Assembly (NCBI RefSeq): GCF_963921235.1
Contig: NC_086101.1
Span: 2,792,001-2,856,000 of the forward strand
Length of the DNA stretch: 64,000 bases
Direction of reading: 5' to 3'
DNA from: Mobula hypostoma
Taxonomy: Eukaryota
In this document: positions 35,750-49,409 of the stretch, in pieces
How positions within the stretch are numbered: the first letter of the stretch is position 1
Layout: each line of letters starts with the position of its first letter
Made by a program: the position numbers and the translations under genes
Notes under the pieces: model-generated
The model's input: only the letters and a program-made list of their open reading frames with translations
What the model was told of the DNA's origin: nothing
Database searches by the model: none

Positions 35750-36233
35750 TGTTGCAAAGAACGGGTAAACCCAAACACAGGACGCTAGCACGGAGATAGA
35801 GTCAGGATGCAGACGAGAGCGTGAGCGTGGCGGGAGCTGAACGGCAAACAGGAAGGTGAACGGAAAAGCAGGAGGCAGGGAAAACTTATCTTGACACACG
35901 GCGTTGCTGGAGCTGAACGGCAGACAAGAGACAGGCAGCACGCAACAGTTACCTTGACACGGAGCGTTAAATGGAAAGGCAAATGGCAGGCAATACTTAT
36001 CTTGACACGGAGAGACAGAGTTACACAGGCAAACCTCAGTACTGAAACAAGACCTAGAATACACAATCCTAAGCAGCCAGGAATGTGAATTACCGCACTG
36101 GCTGAAACAACGATCTGGCGATGAGTGGATGCAAAGCCGGGGTGTTTATGTTGCAGGTCTAGATGCGAATCAGGTGTGCCACAATCAAAGGGAATTAGGA
36201 GAAAATGGGGAATTAACAGTTGGGACCGTGACA
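35750..36233. mobile_element. Solo LTR (484 bp) inserted in a CR1 fragment
   Basis: TG...CA termini (TGTTGC...CGTGACA) and a 5-bp target duplication ATCAA at 35745-35749 and 36234-36238. Confidence 0.85.
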
Positions 36234-36664
36234 ATCAAGGCCTTTCACCATTCGATAGGTTTCGATTAGTGGTTGGCTACGGTGGCAAGTTAGTGTCGTG
36301 GTGAGTTCCACCTGCTTGCAGCTGCCCAGGGGAGGTTGTTGGAGTGAAGCAGTCCACTGGAGTGCCAGAGGCTGTGTGGCATAGTGTCGTCACTGGATCC
36401 CATGTTGCCCCAAGTGGTCATCAACAGAAGACAAGCTGTATTGTGTTCATCTGCAGACTGGTGCAACATTCAGGGAGTCAGGGATTTGGATTATATATTT
36501 TGTGTGTGACTTGCTATCTTATATGTGCTGTGTGTGACTGTTGGGTCTGTGTTTTGCACTTTGGCCCCAGAGTAACGATTTTTCATTTGGCTGTATTCGT
36601 GTATGGTTACTTGACAATTGAACTTGAACTAATCGGCCATGATGTCTCTCTTGCCTCCTCCCAG

Positions 36665-36760
36665 GATAAGCTGAGGTCTCACCGGGAGACTGCCAGGCAA
36701 AGGAGGGCCGCTGCCCTGAAGGCCAGGCTCCAGCAGAGGCAGAAGATCTCTGAAGTGCGG
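36665..36760 (+). CDS. TRIM gene coding exon 2 (96 bp, coiled coil)
   Basis: CCTCCCAG|GATAAG...GTGCGG|GTGAGG, encoding DKLRSHRETARQRRAAALKARLQQRQKISEVR. A 96-bp phase 0-0 exon is typical of TRIM/B30.2 genes. Confidence 0.9.
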
Positions 36761-37693
36761 GTGAGGCTGGGGTTTCAGTGGGGTCTCTCAGTTCCTCCCT
36801 CTCCACCGGCCACTCTCCCACTTCACTGTCTGCACTCAGAACCATGTAGCCCGACAACACCGAAACTATTAATCTGTCTAGTCCCATTGACCTGCACCCA
36901 GACCATAGCCCTCCATGCCCTTCCCACCCAAACTTCTCTTAAATATTGCTTTCAAACCCACATCCACCACCTCTGCTGGCACCTCATTTCACACTCACCA
37001 CCCTCTGAATAAAAACGTTCTCACTGAGGTTCCCCTGAGCAGTTCACCTTTCATCCTTAACTAATAACCTTTGGTTGTAGTCTCGTTCGACCTCAGTGGA
37101 AAAAGTCTGCTTGCATTTACCCTATCTGTATCCCTCATAGTTCTGTACACCTCCATCAAATCTCCCCTCATTCTCCTGCTCTTCGGGGAATAAAGTCCCA
37201 ACCGATTGAGCCTTTCCCTATAACTCGGGTCCTCAAGTCCTTCTAACTGTTCTCTGTTCTCCCTCAATCTTATTTACATCTTTCCTGTAGGTGGGTGACC
37301 AGAACTGCACACGATACTCCAAATGAGGCCTCACTCTCACCAGCATCTTGTACAACTTTACCTCCTGTACTAAATACACTGATTTATGAAGGCCAATGTG
37401 CCAATATCTTTCTTTAAGACCTTATCCATGTATGTGATGCCACTTTCAAGGAATTGTGTATCTGTATTCAAAGTTCAAAGTAAATTTGTTGTCAAAGTAC
37501 AAATGCACCCCTGAGAATTGTTTTATAACACTGTAAGAGCATAAATCATTGGACATTTTCTTGCAGGCATACTCAATAAGTCCAACAGCCATAACAGAAT
37601 CAATGAAAGACGTCGTCAATATGGCAGACAACTAGCAGGGGAAACAACAAAAGCCGTACACATACTAAAAGAAAGAAAAAAAAGTAATAATAA

Positions 37694-38870
37694 ATTCACT
37701 TTGGCCCTATCTAGCTTTAAACCCGTCTCTAACTGATTGAATTGGACAACAACTGGATATCAGATCAGAAAGAAACAAACAAATTACACATTGACGCATC
37801 CTCTATTGATTTGAAATTATGCGCTCCTTCATAAGTAAAACTAAAACAATTCAGCCAACTAGAACTATTTTCTGAAGAAGTGAACATGAACTTTGGATGG
37901 GATAATTGCAGAACATTAAACATAAAGGTGCAATAGAGCTCATTGAGTACAAAACAGAGCATTAGGATATGATACAACCGACGGATGAATAAGAAACGTA
38001 AGCATTTGGGATATCAACAAGCAAAGAAGATAGATCATAGTGCAATAATGGGAAAACTTTTGACAGGATTTCTTCAAGGCTTAAGAAAATATGTCAAGTT
38101 GAGCTCAATGGTAAAAATATAACCAAGGTGATAACACTTTCACTGTACCCATGTTCATGTATTGTTTTGGAATAATATCTGGAAAATTTACAAAGAATAT
38201 CATAAAAATGATCACAAATACATAATAAAAGACCAACAAATTTAAGATGATAAATGCAGGAAATGCCAAGTGAAACCAGAAACAGTTGAACAAGTTACAG
38301 GATCCTGTAGCAGTTTAACTCAATCTGATTACTTACACAGGCACAATCAAGTGGCAAACATCATTCACCAAAATCTTGCTTTAAAATACAAACTCATAAA
38401 AGACCATACCTTACTATAAATACCTGCCTGATCCAGTTTTAGAGCCTGAGTCCCACAAATTATATTATGACCAATCCATTATTACCGATAGGAGAGCCTC
38501 TAATAACCACCCAGCTATAATAATTCTGGGTAAATAAGCAAGAACAATTTACTTAACAGATAGAGCCATTCCAAACTCACATAACTTACAGAAATCAATA
38601 AGTGAAAACACCAGAAATATGCTGAAATGAAAGAGGAAATTGAAAGACTATGGAACATGAACGTTGTCGACAACTGGTAGCATCCCAAAGGCGCTACACA
38701 ATAGAATTAAACAATTAGGCCTACACTGCACTACTTATGTAAATCTCCAGAAAGCCACAAAACTAAACACCATGAGAATAGCCTGAAAGCTCCTTACAAT
38801 TGAGAAATTAATGTGCTTGGCTGTGCTCATACCTCAGGTTTCACCAGTTTGAGCTAAGAAAATATAAAAA
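37694..38870 (+). mobile_element. R4/Dong-clade non-LTR retrotransposon remnant (restriction-like endonuclease region)
   Basis: Decayed RHNQVANIIHQNLALKYKL..LYYDQSIITDR..NNHPAIIIL..TDRAIP..KYAEMKEEIERLWNM, flanked by TAA repeats. Confidence 0.7.
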
Positions 38871-39530
38871 AACACAATAATAATAGTAAATAATTAAGCA
38901 ATAAATACCAAGAACACGAGATGAAGAGTGGCCTCAGTCGTAGTGAGGTCTAGGATCCCTCTGTTCTCCCGCACTCGTCAATGATCTACTGCTCACCGTA
39001 CAAGTCCTACACTGGTTGGTCATCCTAAAGTGCAATGCTTCACTAATGTATGTCTGCATTAAATTCCATCTGCCATTTTTCCAGTTGATCCAGCTTTGAT
39101 AATCTTCCTCGCTGTCCACTACACCCCCAGTCCTGCTGTCATCCCCAAATTTGCCATTTTAGTGGATTGCCATGCTCTCTTCTTGCTGCCACCATCAGGC
39201 AGGAGGTACAGGAGCCTCAGGACTCACACCCCCAGGTTCAGGAGCAGTTATTACCCCTCAACCAGCAGGAACCACCACCCAGGACATGCTGTTGTCTCAC
39301 TGCTGCCATCATCAGGCAGGATGTACAGGAGCCTCAGGACTCTCACCACCAGGTTCAGGAACAGTTATTATTCTTTAACTGTCTGGCTTTTCAACTAGAG
39401 GGGATAACTTAACTTCATTCGTCCCATCACTGAACTGTTCCCACAACCTCTGGACTCCCTTTGAAGAACCCTTCATCTCGTGTTCTTGATACTTATTACA
39501 TACAGCTCATTGCCTTTTGCACATTGATTG

Positions 39531-40366
39531 TGCAACCTCTCACCATGGCTCGTTAGCTAACTCTGCTAACAGGCATGAGACTCAGTGGTGAGACTCACCT
39601 TACAGAAGTAAAATACGTCTAGGGTCGGTGTGATTTGGGGTTCAACCAAACCGGAAGATAAGGATGTTCCAATTAGGGAACTTTGATTGTAGCGAATGCT
39701 GTGTAAATATTGCTCACACTCAATTACCAGTCACCAAGAAATGACAGATCATACACCAGAATAAAATTTCAACTTTGTCAAATAGTTAACAGGAAAAGAA
39801 AAGAAAGAGGAAAGGGCCTATTACAGTTAAACCCATCCATATGTGCACATGAACATTGGAGCTCATTTCTGATTTAGTTGGGATGCTTTGCTTTGATTAC
39901 TTACGCTGAACCCACATTCTGCACTAAGGACACAAGCTATAGTTTGAACTTCCTTCGAAGGCCATTTCAAGTGAACTGGCTAACCCAGGAGTATTGGTAC
40001 TCCCTCCTTCAAACACATAGCTTCCTGAACCATTCTTCAGCTCAAAACACTTCTTACAATGGGGTCTCTCCTTCGGACAGCACTTGGTGGCATCTTCCCT
40101 TGAGCCCTGCTCCCAAACCAGACTACCGTCATTCAGAAATCTATTCCCACCCAGCTCTCAAGAATATGCATTCCCATCACACTGGGCAGAAAGCTACAAC
40201 ACGACCCAAGGCAATCCTCAATGGCTGATACAACATCCCTAAGTTGGACACCATGGTTCCTTACCTTTAGCCAAAACCAAGACACTCTTACCAGCAGAGC
40301 ACCGCTTTTACGGAAAACTGCTAAAATAAAATACCTCACAGTATATATCTTAACTAGGGCATTACA
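39531..40366. mobile_element. Solo LTR (836 bp)
   Basis: TG...CA termini (TGCAACC...GCATTACA) and a 4-bp duplication ATTG at 39527-39530 and 40367-40370. Confidence 0.8.
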
Positions 40367-40539
40367 ATTGTTTCTCTATCTTGTGTCCAGTCTTTCATTG
40401 GTTCTATTGTATTTACTGTGAATGCCTGCAAGAAAATGAATCCCAGCATTGAATATGGTGACATATATGTACTTTGATAATAAGTTTACTTTGAACTTCT
40501 TGAACTTTGATTTTTCAGCCCATTTTTTCTGCCTCACAG

Positions 40540-40773
40540 GAGCAGTCGAGCAGCCTGCAGAGCCACATCAGGTTCGAGTTCGCAAGGATGCACCGCTTCC
40601 TTAACGAGAGGGAGGAGCAGCTGAGCCGGGACCTCCGAGAGACAGAGGGCCGGATCCTGGAGGAGATGGAACAGAACCTGCAGCAGATTCAGGATGTACT
40701 GGATGCCATTGAGCGTGTACTGGGAGAGCTGCAGTCCCAGATGAACCAACGGGACATAATGGCCCTACTCAAG
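40540..40773 (+). CDS. TRIM gene coding exon 3 (234 bp, coiled coil)
   Basis: CTCACAG|GAGCAG...CTCAAG|GTAGGC, encoding EQSSSLQSHIRFEFARMHRFLNEREEQL..DIMALLK. Confidence 0.92.
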
Positions 40774-41611
40774 GTAGGCAACCAGATTGTAATAATCCTC
40801 GTTAGGGGATTGGATATGAAGAGGTTCAGTAACTTTAAATTCCTTGGCGCTGTCATATCAGAGGTTCCTCAAGGTTGTCATATCCAGGGGAGGTAGTGGG
40901 GATGAGCTCCCACTATCTTAAATGCTTCTGCCAGACACAACCAAGTCCAGCTCCTGGCCTTCACGTGTGGCTTGGCTACTAAGCCCAGCAGAACCGTATC
41001 TACTGATAGGAATGGTGGGTGACCCTGCGCCTTAAAACCAGTCAGTTTGGACAGATGGGGGTCATCAACCGTGGTTGCCAGCTCATCTAGAAGGAAATCT
41101 CTGATCTCAAAGCTCCACTGCCTTGTGGCTGGCTACACCCGCACATGGGGAGAGCTTCAGGAGTAAACCCCAAGGAAAGAAAGCTCCAGAGCTGGAGTCC
41201 TATGTTGAGTTCAATGCTGACTGGTAACTCCTGTGATGCTGCTGGTACCAAACCATATAGGTCTCTGATATTTCTTTGGATTCATTAGCTGCACGGAAAG
41301 GGGGAGCCTGCTACACGGGCAACAGCTTGCTCTCCATATCGTACTGCTCTGACTTGACTGCTGTCCATGTAGAACAGCTAGGACACAACATCCATGATTG
41401 ACCCTGGTCAACAGAGGGCTTTAAACCTATCAGGCTATCTCCCTGGGATGAGCACACATGTACGATTATGGAGAAGACACTACAGTCACTCTACTTCCTC
41501 AGAAGTTTGTGTAGATACAGCATGTCATCTAAAACTTTCACAATCTGCTATAGCTGCTTGATGGACAGTACTCTGGTTGCATCATGACCTGCTATGAAAA
41601 TAGTGAGGGGG

Positions 41612-41649
41612 GGAGAGAGAGAAGAGAGAAGAGAGAAGAGAGAGGAGAG

Positions 41650-41705
<56 letters not shown>
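41612..41705. repeat. (GA)n / GAGAA microsatellite
   Basis: Directly visible. Confidence 0.95.
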
Positions 41706-41707
<2 letters not shown>

Positions 41708-42547
41708 AAACAATGATTGCTTTTATTCTCAGCCTCTCTTCCCTCACACAGACTAGCCCCACTCACTGGGGTACACAAATTCCCTCACTCCCCTTGCCCC
41801 TTACCCTCACCCTCACCTTTAAATCTGTATCTCTGTTCCATGAATTGTCAGCCAGAGTGAACAGATTCCCTGTGCCCAGCTGCTCAGTACACCCTGATCT
41901 TGTCCATCCCCATCCCATCTCTTCCCAAAATTCTACCGGGGTGGGGAGAGTCCTGGCTTCTGCAGTCTCTCACCTCATGCCTGAGATCCCTCCTCCCTGG
42001 AACCATTGTGGTAACTCTCCCCTCCCTCTCCAGGACCTCCTGATGGAATGGAGAGCGATTGGACTCAGCCTGAAGTTTATGTGTAGACAGTGGTGGAAAG
42101 CCATGTACTGGCGTGGGGCTTCCTGTGTTAAAGTTTTTGGGTTTTGTTAAAACCAAACAATTGAAGGGAGATTTGATAGAGGTATATAAATTTATGAGGG
42201 GTATAGATAGGGCAAATACAGGTAGTTTTTTTTCCACTGAACTACAACCAGAGGTCATGGGTTAAGGGCGAAAGGTGAATTGTTGAGGGGAATCTTTATC
42301 ACTCAGATGTGGAACAAGTTGCTAGTGCCATTGGTGGATACAGGGTTGATAATCAATATTAATGAGAGATTTGTGTAGGCACATGGATGGTAGGGGTAGG
42401 GAGGGCTCTGGTCTGGGTACAGGTCGATGGGACGAGGCAGAGTAATAGTTTGGCACAGACTAAATGGGCCAAAGGGCCTGTTTCTGTGCTATCATGTTCT
42501 ATGAGTTTGTGACTCTGATACTAAGACCTACCTCTTGTCTGTTTCAG

Positions 42548-42570
42548 GAGGAAAGCATTTGGAACAGGAG
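42548..42570 (+). CDS. TRIM gene coding exon 4 (23-bp microexon)
   Basis: TGTTTCAG|GAGGAAAGCATTTGGAACAGGAG|GTGAGA. It keeps the frame between exons 3 and 5. Confidence 0.88.
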
Positions 42571-42661
42571 GTGAGAGATACCATCACATTCTTGAAGTAA
42601 CGAGTCAAACTTTAAACCAATCACAGCTGTGTTGCTGCAACATGCAAACTTTAATTTGCAG

Positions 42662-42777
42662 GTTCAGCGATAAAGGCAGTTCAATAGAAACGGTTGATCT
42701 GGATCTGCCCCTGGGGATATTCAAAGGCCCATTGCAATATGCAGCATGGCGCGCCATGATGGATGTTATCAAGCCTG
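42662..42777 (+). CDS. TRIM gene coding exon 5 (116 bp)
   Basis: TTTGCAG|GTTCAG...AAGCCTG|GTGAGC, encoding FSDKGSSIETVDLDLPLGIFKGPLQYAAWRAMMDVIKP with the conserved GPLQY..W..M linker. Confidence 0.92.
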
Positions 42778-43119
42778 GTGAGCTGCTTTACATCTCTCAG
42801 TTCTCGTCTGTGGAATAGTGGGGGTGTACAAGCATTTACTGAGATGCAGGCCACACACAAAACACTGGAGGAACTCAGCAGGTCGAGCAGCTTCTATGAA
42901 GGGAAATGGACAGTCATTTCTGGTCAAGACCCCTCACTTGGACTGATTTTCTGACCATAAAACGATAAGGCCCACAATGTTGTGCCAATTTTTTAACCTA
43001 CTCTAAGATTAATTAAACCCTTCCCTCCCACACAGCCCCCCACTTTTCATCATCCATGTGCCTATTCAATGTCCCTAGTGTAAATAAATGTCTCTACCAC
43101 CAACTCTGGCACTACTCAA

Positions 43120-44230
43120 TCGTTAGGCATTAATATTGAAGTAGTAAAATGGATTCAGCAGTGGCTGGATGGGAGATGCCAGAGAGTAGTGGTGGATAAC
43201 TGTGTGTCAGATTGGAGGACGGTGTGCAGCGGTGTGCCTCAGGGATCTGTACTGGGTCCCATGTTATTTGTCATATATATTAATGATCTGGATGATGGGG
43301 TGGTAAATTGGATTAGTAAGTATGCAGATGATACTAAGATAGGTGGTGTTGTGGATGATGAGGTAGGTTTTCAAAACTTGCAGAGAGATTTAGGACAGTT
43401 AGAAGAGTGGGCTGAAAGATGGCAGATGGAGTTTAATGCTGAAAAATCTGAGGTGCTACATTTTGGTAGAACTAATCAAAATAGGACATACATGGTAAAT
43501 GGTAGGGCATTAAAGAATGCTTTAGAACAGAGGGATCTAGGAATAATGGTGCATAGTTCCCTGAAGATGGAATCTCATGTGGATAGGGTGGTGAAGAAAG
43601 CTTTTGGTTTGCTGGTCTTTATTAATCAGAGCATTGAGTATAGGAGTTGGGATGTAACGTTGAATTTGTATAAGGCATTGGTAAAGCTAAATCTGGAGTA
43701 TTGTGTACAGTTCTGGTCACCGAATTATAGGAAAGATGTCAATAAAATTGAGAGAGTACAGAGGAGGTTTACTAAAATGTTACCTGGGTTGCATCTCCTT
43801 AGTTACAGAGAAAGGTTGAACAAGTTAAGTCTTTATTCTTTGGAGCGTAGAAGGTTGAAGGGGGACTTGATAGAAGTGTTTAAAATTATGAGGGGGATTG
43901 ATATAGTTGACTTGGTTAGACTTTTTCCATTGAGAGTGGGGGAGATTCAAACAAGAGGACACGGGTTGAGAATTAGAGGACAAAAGTTTTGGGGTAACAT
44001 GAGGGGGAACTTCTTTACTCAGAGAGTGGTAACTGTGTGGAACGAGCTTCCAGCAGAAGTGGTTGAGGCAGGTTCAATGTTGTTGTTTAAAGTTAAATTG
44101 GATAGATATATGGACAGGAAAGGAATGGAGGGTTATGGGCTGAGTGCAGGTCGGTGGGCCTAGGATAGGGTACGAGTTCGGCACGGACTAGAAGGGTCGA
44201 GATGGCCTGTTTCCGTGCTGTAATTGTTAT
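43120..44230 (+). mobile_element. CR1-type LINE 3' half
   Basis: Open ORF 43189-44163 with [11 protein letters not shown] and YADDTK. Confidence 0.9.
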
Positions 44231-45597
44231 AGAACCATAGAAACTACAGCACAGAAACAGCCCTTTGGCCCTTCTTGGCTGCGCCGAACCATTTTCTGCC
44301 TAGTCCCACTGACCTGCACACGGACCATATCCCTCCATACACCTCCCATCCATGTATCTGTCCAATTTATTCTTAAATGTTAAAAAAGAACCCGCATTTA
44401 CCACCTCGTCTGGCAGCTCATTCCATACTCCCACCACTCTCTGTGTGAAGAAGCCCCCCCTAATGTTCCCTTTAAACTTTTCCCCCCTAACCCTTAACCC
44501 AAGTCCTCTGTTTTTTTTCTCCCCTTGCCTCAGTGGAAAAAGCCTGCTTGCATTCACTCTATCTATACCCATCATAATTTTATATACCTCTATCAAATCT
44601 CCCCTCATTCTTCTACGCTCCAGGGAATAAAGTCCTAACCTATTCAACCTTTCTCTGTAACTGAGTTTCTCAAGTCCCGGCAACATCCTTGTAAACCTTC
44701 TCTGCACTCTTTCAACCTTATTTATATCCTTCCTGTAATTTGGTGACCAAAACTGAACACAATACTCCAGATTCAGCCTCACCAATGCCTTATACAACCT
44801 CATCATAACATTCCAGCTCTTATACTCAATACTTCGATTAATAAAGGCCAATGTACCAAAAGCTCTCTTTACGACCCTATCTACCTGTGACGACACTTTT
44901 AGGGAATTTTGTATCTGTATTCCCAGATCCCTCTGTTCCACTGCACTCCTCAGTGCCTTACCATTAACCCTGTATGTTCTACGTTGGTTTGTCCTTCCAA
45001 CGTGCAATACCTCACACTTGTCAGTATTAAACTCCATCTGCTATTTTTCAGCCCATTTTTCCAGCTGGTCCAAGTCCCTCTGCAGGCTCTGAAAACCTTC
45101 CTCACTGTCTACTACACCTCCAATCTTTGTATCATCAGCAAACTTGCTGATCCAATTTACCACATTATCATCCAGATCATTGATATAGATGACAAATAAC
45201 AATGGACCCAGCACTGATCACTGTGGCACACCACTAGTCACAGGCCTCCACTCAGAGAAGCAATTTTCTACCACCACTCTCTGGCTTCTTCCATCGAGCC
45301 AATGTCTAATCCAATTTACCACCTCTCCATGTATACCTAGCGACTGAATTTTCCTAACTAACCTCCTATGCGGGACCTTGTCAAAGGCCTTACTGAAGTC
45401 CATGTAGACAATATCCACTGCCTTCCCTTCATCCACTTTCCTGGTAACCTCCTCGAAAAACTCCAACAGATTGGTCAAACATGACCTACCATGCACAAAG
45501 CCATGTTGACTCTCTCTAATAAGCCCCTGTCTATCCAAATGCTTGTAGATTCTGTCTCTTAGTACTCCCTCCAATAACTTACCTACTACTGACGTAG
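44231..45597 (-). mobile_element. CR1-type LINE 3' half inserted into the tail of the preceding copy
   Basis: ORFs 45218-45574 and 44300-45037. Tail AGAACCATAGAAACTACAGCAC at 44231, and the host tail GTTATATGGTTAT resumes at about 45602. Confidence 0.9.
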
Positions 45598-46319
45598 GTA
45601 AGTTATATGGTTATACATGTGTAAAAAACCTACTGACTTTCCCCCTAGACTTCCCTCCGATCATATTAAAATTATACCTCCTCAAATTAGCTATTTCCAC
45701 CCAGGGGAAAAGTCTCTGTATATCCACTCAATCTATATCTCTTATCATCTTGTAAACCTCTATGAATTCACCTCTCATCCTCCTTCACTCCAAACACAAA
45801 ATTCCTGGCTTACTCATAAGACATGCTCTCTAATCCAGCCAGTAACCTGGTAAATCTCCTCTGCACCCTCTCTAAAGCTTCCACATCCTTCCAATAATGA
45901 GATGACCCAAACAGAACACAATATTCCAAGTGTGGCCCAACCAGGGTTTATAGACCTGAAACAGTACCTCGTGGATCTTGACCACAATCCCTGATAAATG
46001 AAGGCCAACACAACATACACCTGTTTAACCACCCTATCAACTTGTGCAGCAACTTTGAGGGATAGATTGACGTGAACCAGAAAATCCCTCCATTCCTCCA
46101 CATGGTCAAGAATCCTGCCATTAACCCTGTATTTTGCCCTTAAAATTGACCTACCAAAGGAGCTGTGACTGGTATGGCTCAGACCTTGAACAGCCAGGCA
46201 GGCTTGATGGGTGGATCACCTCCTCCTGCTCCTGTTTTTTTACTGTGTGGGTGAAACCAGAGCAGCCAGAGGAAACCCACCTGGTCACAGGAAAAATGTG
46301 TAAGCTCTATGCCTACGGT

Positions 46320-48050
46320 CATGATGAGGCAGCAATAGTTGGGTGTATGAAGGGAGGACTGGAGGGTGAATACGGAGCCCTGGTGGAGGACTTTGTCAGA
46401 TGGTGCAGGCTTTATCATCTGCAGCTCAACATTAGCAAGAAAAAGGAGATGGTGATGGATTTTAGGAGGACTAAGCCCTATTACTATTGATGGTGAGGAC
46501 TTACAAGTACCTCAATGACAGGCTTGAAACATAGAAAACCTACAGCGCAATACAGGCCCTTCAGCCCTCAAAGTTGTGCTGAACATGTCCCTACCTTAGA
46601 AATTACTAGGCTTACCATTGCCACCTATTTTTCTAAGCTCCATATACCTATGCAAAAGTCTCTTAAAAGACCGTATTGTATCCGCCTCCACCACCATTGC
46701 CGGCAGCCCATTCCATGTACTCACCACTCTCTGCGTAAAAAAACTTACCCCTGACATCTCCTCTGTACCTACTCCCCAGCACCTTAAACCTGTGTCCTCT
46801 TGTGGCAACCATTTCAGCCCTGGGAAAAGCCTCTGACTATCCACACGATCAATGCCTCTCATCATCTTATACACCTCTATCAGGTCACCTCCCATCCTCC
46901 ATCACTCCAAGAAGAAAAGGTCGAGTTCACTCAACCTGTTTTCATAAGGCATGTTCCCCAATCCAGGCAACATCCTTGTAAATCTCCTCTGCATCCTTTC
47001 TATGGCTTCCACATCCTTCCTGTAGTGAGGTGACCAGAACTGAGCACAGTACTCCAAGTGGGGTCTGACCAGGGTCCTATATAGCTGCAACATTACCTCT
47101 CAGCTCCTAAATTCAATTCCATGTTTATTGAAGGCCAATACACTGTATGCCTTCTTAAACACAGAGTCAACCTGTGCAGCTGCTTTGAGTGTCCTATGGA
47201 CTCGGACTCCAAGATCCCTCTGATCCTCCACACTGCCAAGAGTCTTACCATTAATACTATATTCTGCCATCATATTTCACCTACCAAAGTGAACCACCTC
47301 ACACTTATTTAGGTTGAACTCCATCTGCCACTTCTCAGCCCAGTTTTGCATCCTATCAATGTCCCGCTGTAACACCTAACAGCCCTCCACACTATCCACA
47401 ACACCTCCAACCTTTGTGTCATCAGCAAACTTACTAACCCATCCCTCCACTTCCTCATCCAGGTCATTTATTAAAATCACGAAGAGTAAGGGTCCCAGAA
47501 CAGATCAGTGGAGTAGCAACACAGATGCTGTGTACAGGAAAGGCCAGAGTCACCTCACCTTCCTGAGGAGACTGAGGAGGGAGTGCAGGCTTCACCTTCA
47601 CATGCTCTCCCAGTCTGTTCTCACCAGTACAACCTTCTATGCGGTGATGTGCTGGGGCAATGGCATCAACACAGTTGCTGCCAACAGGCTGAATAAATTG
47701 ATTAGAAAGGCTGGCTCTGTTATAGGAGTCAAACTGGACACACTGGAGGCTGTAGTAGAAAATCCTGGCAATTCTGGACAATGTTTCTCACCTTCTGGCT
47801 GAACAGAGGAGCACTATTAGTAATAGACTAAGACAAATGTGGTGCTCCAGAGTGCAAAACGAGGTCAGTCTTACCCTCGGCCATTAGGCTCTATGAGAGT
47901 CAACCTATAGCCGGGGAAGTGATGGCCCCCTCCTGTTTGTGGTAACATTTTTATTCTTCCTTACTTCTCTAATATTTATATATCTGTGAACTTGTAATGC
48001 TACTGAGACACTGTAATGTCCTTTGGGATCAATAAAGTATCTATCTACCT
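46320..48050 (+). mobile_element. Rex1-like LINE fragment interrupted by a minus-strand CR1 (about 46526-47505)
   Basis: AIVGCMKGG..LNISKKKEMVMDFRR resumes at 47508 as WSSNTDAVYRKGQS..FLRRLR, and the tail has AATAAAGTATCTATCT. Confidence 0.8.
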
Positions 48051-48134
48051 GTGATGCCAAGAGGATCACCAGGGCCTCCCCTCCCCCAGTATCTGTGACA
48101 TTTAGTAGGAGCGTTGCAGATGAAGAGCCCAAAG

Positions 48135-49110
48135 CACCACCCATCCCACAATCTGTGACCCACCACCCGTCCCACAATCTCTCTGGCCCACCACCCATCC
48201 CACAATCTCTGTGACCCACCACCCACCCCACAATCTCTGTGACCCACCACCCATCCCACAATCTCTCTGACCCACCACCCACCGCACAATCTCTGTGACC
48301 CACCACCCGTCCCACAATCTCTCTGACCCACCGCCCGCCCCACAATCTCTGTGACCCACCACCCACCCCACAATCTCTGTGACCCACCACCCATCCCACA
48401 ATCTCTCTGACCCACCACCCGTCCCACAATCTCTCTGACCCACCACCCACCCCATCATCTCTCTGACCCACCACCCATTCCACAATCTCTCTGACCCACC
48501 GCCCGTCCCACAATCTCTCTGACCCACCGCCCGTCACACAATCTCTCTGACCCACCACCCGTCACACAATCTCTGTGACCCACCACCCGTCCCACAATCT
48601 CTGTGACCCACCACCCACCACACAGTCTCTGTGACCCACCACCCGTCCCACAGTCTCTGTGACCCACCACCCACCCCACAATCTCTGTGACCCACCACCC
48701 ATCCCACAGTCTCTCTGATCCACCACCCGTCCCACAATCTCTCTGATCCACCACCCACCACACAGTCTCTGTGACCCACCACCCGTCCCACAATCTGTGT
48801 GACCCACCACAACCTCCACAATCTCTCTGACCCACCACCCGTCCCACAATCTGTGTGATCCACCACCCATCCCAGTCTCTCTGACCCACCACCCATCACA
48901 CAATCTCTCTGACCCACCACCCACCACACAGTCTCTGTGACCCACCACCCATCCCACAAGATCTCTGACCCATCATCCATCCCACAATCTCTTTTACCTC
49001 CATCCATCCCACAATCTCTGTGACCCATCACCCATCCCACAAGCTCTCTGACCCATCACCCATCCCACAATCTCTGTAAGCCACCATCCATCCCACAATC
49101 TCTTTCACCC
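48135..49110. repeat. 28-bp minisatellite, about 35 copies
   Basis: Unit GACCCACCACCC(G/A)TCCCACAATCTCT(G/C)T, with copies at 48241 and 48269. Confidence 0.95.
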
Positions 49111-49409
49111 ACTACCATCAGGAGCATCAGGACTAGGACTGCCAGACTGGGTTGCAGCCTCTACCCTCTGTCTGTGAATGACCCTGCCACCACAGAGGCC
49201 TCGTCATTAGGGCGGAAAGCTGTTTACTTGTGCTGCGGAATACATGCACTACATTATATCTTATTTATGGTAATATTTTGATTTATGTGCTGTGTGTGAT
49301 GTGTTCTGTGGAAGCACGTGGTCCGTAGGAACGGTGTTTCATTTGGTTGCAACTTCAACTTGAACTTGAGGATGGAACCTGGGTTACCGGGTGGCTGGGT
49401 GAATTTTAA

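Noticed and set aside
47905..49040. Trp/Gly/Val-rich ORFs
   Set aside because: Translations of the 28-bp minisatellite.
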